Assembly: GCA_963783375.1 (NCBI GenBank)
Contig: CAWANH010000017.1
Span: 32,001 to 96,000, forward strand
Origin: Candidatus Eiseniibacteriota bacterium
GTDB lineage: Bacteria; Eisenbacteria; RBG-16-71-46; JABDJR01
DNA length: 64,000 nt
Reading direction: 5' to 3'
The notes under the pieces are model-generated. The model did not search any database, was not told where the DNA came from, and saw only the letters and a list, made by a program, of their open reading frames with translations. Each line of letters starts with the position of its first letter. Positions within the stretch are counted from its first letter, which is position 1. This document shows, one piece after another, positions 57,685 through 64,000 of the stretch. A program made the translations under genes and the position numbers.

Positions 57685-58923
57685 TCAGCCCTTGACGAAC
57701 GCCCGGAGCCGGGCGAGGCAGAGGAGGAAGAGGATCGTCGAACCGGCGAGAAGCCCGATCACCGAGATCAGGAGGGTTCCGGGGTCGACGGTTCCGGCGA
57801 AGATCTCCTTCAGCCGGACGAGGATCCACCCGTTGGGGGTGAGGCGGCCGATCCGGGCCATCCAGTCCGGCATGGCCTCGAAGGGGAAGAACGACCCGCC
57901 GAGCATGATCAGCGGAAAGACGATGGCCGTGCTCAGGAGGTTCCCCCCGCGCTGACTGGTGGCCGAGATCTGGATGATGGTGAAGAAGAGGAGCATCCCC
58001 GCGCCGGAGAGGAACGTCCAGGCCACGGCCAGGGGGATGTCGGCCATGGGGATGGAGAAGATGAAGAGGCCGACCGCCACCCCGCCCAGGATCACCGCGC
58101 CCAGGAGCAGCGAGCCCGCCGCCACCTTGCCGGCCAGGTGGATCCAGAGCCGCTGGGGGGTGGTCACGGTGCGACGAAGCGTACCCTGCATGCGCTCCTT
58201 CCAGAAATCGTCGCTCAGGCTCTGGGCCCCGAAGATCACCGCCATGAAGAAGAGCCCGGGGAAGAAGAGGGTGCCGAAGTTGAAGGACTCGTCATCCTCG
58301 GCCGCCTCCAGGTTCACGGTCTCCACCTTGATGGCGGGAGGGAAGAGATAGGGCTGGGCGCTCTCCACCAGCCGGTTGATCGTGGTGGAGAACCGGGCCA
58401 CCGTGGTGTCGGGGAGCGTGACCCGGCCCGGGGGAGGCTCCCGGGTAAGGGTTTCCGAGGCGGAACCCAGCACCTGCTGGCCGATCCCCACCGCGTCCAC
58501 CATGGAGCCCAGGACTCCTTCCAGGATCCCGGGAAGGATGCGCTGGGCGGGGTTGGTGAGGAGGGTGAGGGTGACCGGCTCGCGGTTGAACACCTTGTCC
58601 GCGAAGCCCTTCGGAATGACGAGGAGGCCCGAGGCCTTGCCGTCCCCCAGATCGGCCCGGCCCTGCTCTTCGGTGGCCGGAACGACGTCGATCAGCTCGG
58701 CCAGCTGCCCCTGTTCGAAGGCCCCGCTCAGGAACCGGCTCACGAAGGTGCTGTCGTGATCGGCGACGAGGAGGCGCGCGGTGGGAGTGCCGCCGCTCCC
58801 GCCGGTGGCCAGCCGGAGCAGGAGCCCGATCACCAGGGGGAGCCCCACGGTGAGCGCGATGGCCGCCGGATCCTGGACCAGCCGGCGGACGTCCTTGCTG
58901 ACGCAGGCGCGGAAGAAGCTCAT
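57685..58923 (-). CDS. ABC-2 type exporter permease
   Basis: KERMQGTLRR..TP, MLGGSFFPFEAMPDWM..TPNGW. Confidence 0.9.
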   Translation of the reverse strand: MSFFRACVSKDVRRLVQDPAAIALTVGLPLVIGLLLRLATGGSGGTPTARLLVADHDSTFVSRFLSGAFEQGQLAELIDVVPATEEQGRADLGDGKASGLLVIPKGFADKVFNREPVTLTLLTNPAQRILPGILEGVLGSMVDAVGIGQQVLGSASETLTREPPPGRVTLPDTTVARFSTTINRLVESAQPYLFPPAIKVETVNLEAAEDDESFNFGTLFFPGLFFMAVIFGAQSLSDDFWKERMQGTLRRTVTTPQRLWIHLAGKVAAGSLLLGAVILGGVAVGLFIFSIPMADIPLAVAWTFLSGAGMLLFFTIIQISATSQRGGNLLSTAIVFPLIMLGGSFFPFEAMPDWMARIGRLTPNGWILVRLKEIFAGTVDPGTLLISVIGLLAGSTILFLLCLARLRAFVKG

Positions 58924-58942
58924 CGCGAGGCTCCGGCGCGCA

Positions 58943-59872
58943 TCACTCCCGGAGCTCCTTCCCGGTGAGCTTGATGAAGAGGCTCTCGAGGCTGGGCTGG
59001 GTCACCGTGGTCTCGCGAAGCTCCGCCCCCGCCGCGTCCAGGGCGTGAAACAGCTGGGGGAGCCTCTGGGAGCCGTGGGCCATGGACAGGGTGAGGTGCT
59101 CCGCGTCGGCCAACACCACCTCGGTGTCTTCCATCGGCCGGACGATCTCCGCCGCGCGCTCGGCCGGGAAGCGCCCGGTCAGCCGGACAATGTCCCGCTG
59201 GCCGGTCTGGGCGCGGAGTTCGAGGAGGGTGCCCTGGGCGATGAGCTTCCCGTGATCGATGATTCCGAGCCGGTCGCAGAGCCCTTCCGCCTCTTCCATG
59301 TAATGGGTGGTGTAGAGGACACAGGTCCCGGCCGCCGCCTGTTCCCGCACCAGATCCAGCAGCCGGACCCGGCTCTGGGGATCGACGCCCACCGTCGGCT
59401 CGTCCAGGAGCAGCACCTTGGGTTCGTGGACGATGCCGCAGGCGAAGTTCAGCCGTCGCTTCATCCCCCCGCTGAACCGCTTGACCGGCTCCTTGGCCCG
59501 GTCGACCAGGCCGGTGAGGTCGAGCACCGCGCGGACGCGGTCGGCCAGGTGCGATCCGGTGAGACCGTAGGCCGCTCCCCAGTAGCGCAGGTTCTCGGTG
59601 GCCGAGACCTCCTCGTAGATCGCGATCTCCTGGGGCACGACCCCCAGCGCCTGGCGGGCGGCGGTCCCGTCGGTGACCACGTCGTGGCCCAGGATCCGCA
59701 CCCGTCCCGCGGTGGGTTTGAGGAGCCCGGAGATGCAGGAGATGGTGGTGGTCTTCCCGGCCCCGTTCGGTCCCAGCAGGCCGAAGATCGCGCCGGGTTC
59801 GGCGGTGAAGCTCACCCCGTCCACCGCGGCCAGGTCGCCGTAGTACTTTCTGAGTTCCTCGACTTCGATCAC
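58943..59872 (-). CDS. ABC exporter ATP-binding protein (DrrA/LnrL-like)
   Basis: GTG start with RBS AAGGAGG; GPNGAGKTT, FSGGMKRRLN, LDEPTVGVDPQSR, TTHYMEEAE. Confidence 0.93.
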   Translation of the reverse strand: MIEVEELRKYYGDLAAVDGVSFTAEPGAIFGLLGPNGAGKTTTISCISGLLKPTAGRVRILGHDVVTDGTAARQALGVVPQEIAIYEEVSATENLRYWGAAYGLTGSHLADRVRAVLDLTGLVDRAKEPVKRFSGGMKRRLNFACGIVHEPKVLLLDEPTVGVDPQSRVRLLDLVREQAAAGTCVLYTTHYMEEAEGLCDRLGIIDHGKLIAQGTLLELRAQTGQRDIVRLTGRFPAERAAEIVRPMEDTEVVLADAEHLTLSMAHGSQRLPQLFHALDAAGAELRETTVTQPSLESLFIKLTGKELRE

Positions 59873-59885
59873 GAGCGCCCTCCTT

Positions 59886-59914
59886 GGGACCATCCCGGCT
59901 GGGGACCATCCCGG
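59886..59914. repeat. 13 bp direct repeat GGGACCATCCCGG x2 upstream of the ABC operon
   Basis: Copies at 59886-59898 and 59902-59914. Confidence 0.7.
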
Positions 59915-60137
59915 GGTCTCGAATTGTATACAGTCCGGTTACGATTGCCAGTCGATTCTACAGGTGTAGGAATAGGCGGGGCGGATGCCGGGAGCGATCC
60001 CGGGGGTCCGGGGACCGCCGCCGGGGCCTCGGGGGCGCGCCCCGGCGCCCCGGGGGTTGCCCGGACCCCTGGACAGCCCGCCCCCCGGGGATATACTCGA
60101 TCCCGGATCACGACACCGGCACCAATGAGGTAAGTCA

Positions 60138-62789
60138 ATGGACTTGAACAGATTAACCCAGAAGTCCCAGGAGGCGTTCCAGGCCGCCCAGACCAAAGCG
60201 CTGCGCTACGGAAACCCAGAGGTGGACGGGGAGCACGTGCTCCTGGCGCTCCTGGAGCAGCCGGACGGGCTGGCTCCGCGGCTCTTGAAGCGGCTGGACG
60301 TGGATCCGGAGATGGTGCGGACCGAGGTGGAGCGGGAGCTCGACCGCCGGCCCCGCCAGTCCGGGCCCGGAGTGGAGCCGGGGAAGCTCTACGTCTCGAA
60401 CCGGCTGGTGCGGCTCATGGACCAAGCCGAGGAGGAGCGGAAGCGGCTGAAGGACGAGTACGTCTCGGTGGAGCACATCGTCCTCGCCATGATCGACGAG
60501 GGGGAGGCCACCGCGGCGGGGAAGGTGCTCAAGACCTTCGGCGTCTCCCGGGAGAACTTTCTCGCCGCGTTGACCGCGGTCCGCGGCCACCAGCGGGTGA
60601 CCAGCGCCACCCCGGAGTCGGCCTACGAGGCGCTGGAGAAGTACGGGGTGGACCTGGTGGCCCAGGCCAGGGCCAACAAGCTCGATCCGGTGATCGGCCG
60701 CGACGCGGAAATCCGGAGGGTGATCCGCATTCTTTCCAGAAAGACCAAGAACAACCCGGTATTGATCGGGGAGCCCGGGGTGGGGAAGACGGCCATCGTC
60801 GAAGGGCTCGCCCAGCGGGTGGTGAGGGGCGATGTGCCGGAGTGGCTCAAGGACCGCTCGATCTTCTCCCTGGACATGGGATCGCTGCTGGCCGGGGCGA
60901 AGTACCGCGGCGAGTTCGAGGAGCGGCTGAAGGCGGTGCTGAACGAGATCAAGGAGAGCGAGGGGCAGGTGCTCCTCTTCATCGACGAGCTTCACAACAT
61001 CGTGGGGGCGGGCCGGACCGAGGGCTCGACCGACGCCGGGAATCTCCTCAAGCCCATGCTGGCCCGGGGGGAGCTCCACTGCATCGGCGCCACCACCCTG
61101 GACGAGTACCGGAAGCACATCGAGAAGGACGCCGCCCTGGAGCGGCGGTTCCAGCCGGTGGTGGTGGACGCGCCCTCGGTGGAGGACACGGTCTCGATCC
61201 TCCGCGGCCTCCGCGAACGGTTCGAGGTCCATCACGGGGTGAAGATCCAGGACAACGCCCTGGTGGCGGCGGCGGTGCTCTCCAACCGCTACATCTCCGA
61301 CCGCTTCCTCCCCGACAAGGCCATCGACCTGGTGGACGAGGCCTGCGCGATGATCCGGACCGAGATCGACTCCATGCCCGCGGAGCTGGACGAGGTCACC
61401 CGCCGGGTCATGCAGCTCGAGATCGAGGAGGCCGCCCTCAACAAGGAGAAGGACAAGGCCTCGAAGGAGCGATTGGAGGATCTCCGGCGCGAGCTGGCGG
61501 ACCTGAAGGATCGCGCCAAGACCATGCGCGCCCAGTGGGACGAGGAGAAGGCGGCCCTGGCCGGGGTGCGGAAGCTCCGTGAGGAGCTGGAGCAGAAGCG
61601 CCAGGAGCTGGAGCGGGCGGAGCGCGACTACGACCTCAACCGGAGCGCCGAGCTCAAGCACGGGGTCATTCCCCAGCTCGAAAAGCGCCTCCAGGAGCAC
61701 GAGACGAAGCTGGCCGGGGCGAAGGAGGGGGAGCGGCTCCTCCGCGAGGAGGTGACCGAGGACGAGATCGCGGAGATCGTTTCCCGCTGGACCGGGATTC
61801 CGGTGACCCGGCTGGTGGAGGGGGAGCGGGAGAAGCTCCTCCGGCTGGACGAGATCCTCCATCGCCGGGTGATCGGCCAGGACGAGGCGGTGAAGCTGGT
61901 GGCGGACGCGGTGATCCGGGCCCGGAGCGGCATCAAGGATCCGCGCCGTCCGATCGGGTCGTTCATCTTCCTGGGTCCGACCGGGGTGGGGAAGACCGAG
62001 CTGGCCAAGACCCTGGCCGAGGCGCTCTTCGACACCGAGGAGAACCTGATCCGGATCGACATGTCCGAGTACATGGAACGCCACAATGTGTCGCGCCTGA
62101 TCGGCGCGCCTCCGGGGTACGTGGGCTACGAGGAGGGGGGGCAGCTCACCGAGGCGGTGCGGCGGAAGCCCTTCGCGGTGATCCTGTTCGACGAGATCGA
62201 GAAGGCCCACCAGGACGTGTTCAACGTGCTGCTTCAGATCCTGGACGACGGCCGGGTCACCGACGCCCAGGGCCGGACGGTGGACTTCAAGAACACGGTG
62301 ATCATCATGACCTCGAACATCGGGTCTCACTTCCTGCTGGAAGGGGTGACCGCCGAGGGGGAGATCACGGAGAGCGCCCGCCAGGCGGTGATGCGGGAGA
62401 TGCGCCAGCACTTCCGCCCCGAGTTCCTGAACCGGGTGGACGACATCGTGCTCTTCAAGCCGCTCAAGCTCGAGGAGATCGAGAAGATCGTGGACCTGTT
62501 GACCGAGGATCTCCGCCGGCGACTCTCCGACCGGAGCGTGTCCCTGGAGATGAGCGACGCGGCACGGGAGTTGGTGGCCCGCGAGGGGTTCGACCCGGTC
62601 TACGGGGCGCGGCCCTTGAAGCGCTACCTGCAGCACGAGCTGGAGAGCCGGATCGGGCGGTCGCTGATCGCGGGCGAGGTCCTGGACGGGGCCACGGTGA
62701 GGGTGGACGCGGTGGAGGGGGCGCTCACCGTGCGGGTGGAGAACCCCGCTCCGGCGCCCAGGGCGGCGGAGGAGAAGGCGGAGGCCTGA
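60138..62789 (+). CDS. clpB: ATP-dependent chaperone ClpB
   Basis: Two AAA+ modules ([16 protein letters not shown]), [11 protein letters not shown], long M-domain coiled coil, [21 protein letters not shown]. Confidence 0.97.
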   Translation: MDLNRLTQKSQEAFQAAQTKALRYGNPEVDGEHVLLALLEQPDGLAPRLLKRLDVDPEMVRTEVERELDRRPRQSGPGVEPGKLYVSNRLVRLMDQAEEERKRLKDEYVSVEHIVLAMIDEGEATAAGKVLKTFGVSRENFLAALTAVRGHQRVTSATPESAYEALEKYGVDLVAQARANKLDPVIGRDAEIRRVIRILSRKTKNNPVLIGEPGVGKTAIVEGLAQRVVRGDVPEWLKDRSIFSLDMGSLLAGAKYRGEFEERLKAVLNEIKESEGQVLLFIDELHNIVGAGRTEGSTDAGNLLKPMLARGELHCIGATTLDEYRKHIEKDAALERRFQPVVVDAPSVEDTVSILRGLRERFEVHHGVKIQDNALVAAAVLSNRYISDRFLPDKAIDLVDEACAMIRTEIDSMPAELDEVTRRVMQLEIEEAALNKEKDKASKERLEDLRRELADLKDRAKTMRAQWDEEKAALAGVRKLREELEQKRQELERAERDYDLNRSAELKHGVIPQLEKRLQEHETKLAGAKEGERLLREEVTEDEIAEIVSRWTGIPVTRLVEGEREKLLRLDEILHRRVIGQDEAVKLVADAVIRARSGIKDPRRPIGSFIFLGPTGVGKTELAKTLAEALFDTEENLIRIDMSEYMERHNVSRLIGAPPGYVGYEEGGQLTEAVRRKPFAVILFDEIEKAHQDVFNVLLQILDDGRVTDAQGRTVDFKNTVIIMTSNIGSHFLLEGVTAEGEITESARQAVMREMRQHFRPEFLNRVDDIVLFKPLKLEEIEKIVDLLTEDLRRRLSDRSVSLEMSDAARELVAREGFDPVYGARPLKRYLQHELESRIGRSLIAGEVLDGATVRVDAVEGALTVRVENPAPAPRAAEEKAEA

Positions 62790-62829
62790 TCCCGGGACGC
62801 CACGCCGGGGTCGCTCAGCGCGAGGGTCG

Positions 62830-63558
62830 ATGGAAGAGGAAGACGTCGTGGTCGTGGAACGATCGGGCGGTCCGAAGTCCTGGCCGTTCCTGGTTCTGGT
62901 TCCCCTGGTTCCCGTGTTCTCGCTCCTGGTGCTTCGAAACGTGTGGTGGACCTTCGCGCTCTACCACCTCGGCGGGTGCTTGGCGCTTCCGCTCATTCAT
63001 TCGCTGCTCGTCCGCCGGGTCGGTCTAGGCCGGCATCTGGAGCTGGCGGGGCTCCGCTCGGAGGAGCACGGCCCGTGGCCGGGGATCGCGATGGGCGCGG
63101 CGCTCGGCCTGGTCCTCGGCGGCGGGACGGTGGCGGTGTTCGCGTTCGGGCACGAGGCGTTCCTCGCCGGCCGCGACATCACCGCCGCGCTGGCCGCGTG
63201 GGGGATCACCCCGAAAACGGCACCGCTGATGCTCGCGTTCATGATCCTGGGGAACGGCGCATCGGAGGAGCTCTACTGGCGCGGCTGGCTCCAGACGAGG
63301 CTCCGCGCCGGGCACCGGATCGTGTTCGCCGTTCCGGTCGGGGCCGCGGCCTACGCCAGCTACCACCTGGTCACGGTGACGTCCTTCGCCCCCGGCCCCG
63401 CGGTCGTGTTCCTCTTCATGGCCGGGATCTACGGGGCGGGCGTCCTCTTCGGATGGCTCCGGGAGCGGTTCGGCACGGTGTGGCCGCCCCTCCTCGCCCA
63501 TACCGGGGCCACCGCGGGCTACATGGCGGTGTACCTCATCTGGGTGGCGGGGCGGTGA
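62830..63558 (+). CDS. CPBP/Abi (CAAX-type) intramembrane glutamic protease
   Basis: SEELYWRG, ASYH, LLAH motifs; multiple TM helices. Confidence 0.85.
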   Translation: MEEEDVVVVERSGGPKSWPFLVLVPLVPVFSLLVLRNVWWTFALYHLGGCLALPLIHSLLVRRVGLGRHLELAGLRSEEHGPWPGIAMGAALGLVLGGGTVAVFAFGHEAFLAGRDITAALAAWGITPKTAPLMLAFMILGNGASEELYWRGWLQTRLRAGHRIVFAVPVGAAAYASYHLVTVTSFAPGPAVVFLFMAGIYGAGVLFGWLRERFGTVWPPLLAHTGATAGYMAVYLIWVAGR

Positions 63559-63576
63559 GGCGAGCGAGGACCGGGC

Positions 63577-64000
63577 TCAGCGACCGCCGCCCGCCAGCCG
63601 TTGCGACGCGTCCCGCCCCTCGGCCAGCGACTTGTCGCCGGTGTCGTCCAAGCGGATCGCCTCCTCCCACCGCCCGACCGCTTCGCCGTGGCGCCCGAGG
63701 GCGTCCAGGGCCCGGGCGTGCCAGGCGCAGGTGTAGCTGCGGAAGTAGCGGGCGGTGGGGTTACGCGGCTCGCGATCCAGGACCCAGGCGAGGGTCTCCT
63801 CGGCCTTGTCGAACCACGGCAGGGCGGCGGCGGGCCGGTCACGCCGGGCTTCGAGCTCGCCGAGGTTGGTGTAGGTGCTGGCCAGCTTGAGCCGGTAATC
63901 GACGATGGCCGGATGATCGGTCACCAGCGATGCCCGCACTGCCTGCTCCTGGTCGTAGGCCAAGGCGGAGGCCGCGTAGTCCTTCCGCAGCATCTCCACG
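63577..64000 (-). CDS. TPR-repeat protein, C-terminal part (truncated by window end)
   Basis: LASTYTNLGEL, ARALDALGRHGEAVGRWEEAI TPR-like repeats. Confidence 0.7.
   Translation of the reverse strand, partial: VEMLRKDYAASALAYDQEQAVRASLVTDHPAIVDYRLKLASTYTNLGELEARRDRPAAALPWFDKAEETLAWVLDREPRNPTARYFRSYTCAWHARALDALGRHGEAVGRWEEAIRLDDTGDKSLAEGRDASQRLAGGGR

Noticed and set aside
245-62636. Very long alternative-frame and antisense ORFs (e.g. 245-2695 -, 21966-26420 -, 22139-26299 +, 31713-34430 -, 56881-58968 +, 60153-62636 -)
   Set aside because: Shadow ORFs caused by high GC and stop-codon scarcity; they overlap well-supported genes and show no domain motifs of their own
1-64000. CRISPR arrays, rRNA, tRNA, transposases, integrases, phage or anti-phage defence genes
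   Set aside because: No regularly spaced repeats or diagnostic motifs seen; the CPBP/Abi protease alone is not evidence of abortive infection

Overview
64 kb of chromosome from a very GC-rich diderm bacterium (MlaFED, beta-barrel proteins, lipoproteins). The gene order suggests an FCB-associated or candidate-phylum lineage, but that is inference only. The core backbone carries acyl-CoA catabolism (hbd, two acyl-CoA dehydrogenases, biotin carboxylase/BCCP, methylmalonyl-CoA mutase and epimerase), yajQ, lat, fbp, rqcH, yicC-gmk-rpoZ-coaBC-udg-dnaB, mlaEFD-radA-ispD-ispF-ddl, a type III PKS, ytxG/ytxH-like genes, a membrane PP2C phosphatase, an ABC exporter and clpB. Two segments look acquired by eye (more A/T-ending codons). 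The first is a CHASE hybrid kinase plus REC-GGDEF module (~4.0-10.1 kb). The second is a ~7.7 kb integrase-less island (13.5-21.3 kb) bounded by a ~100 bp direct repeat with a 41 bp perfect core that copies the mce promoter region. It encodes a XylR/V4R sigma54 activator divergent from a sigma54 promoter and a run of small envelope/stress proteins. The best novelty candidates are that regulon, an orphan sigma54 promoter driving a structured non-coding region at ~22.1-22.5 kb, a structured dnaB leader with DnaA-box-like motifs, a leader peptide upstream of lat, and a PCD-like/DinB fusion. About eight single-base frameshifts, some in housekeeping genes, most likely reflect sequencing indels. I saw no rRNA, tRNA, CRISPR array, integrase or transposase. 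All calls come from reading motifs by eye; no database searches were run.
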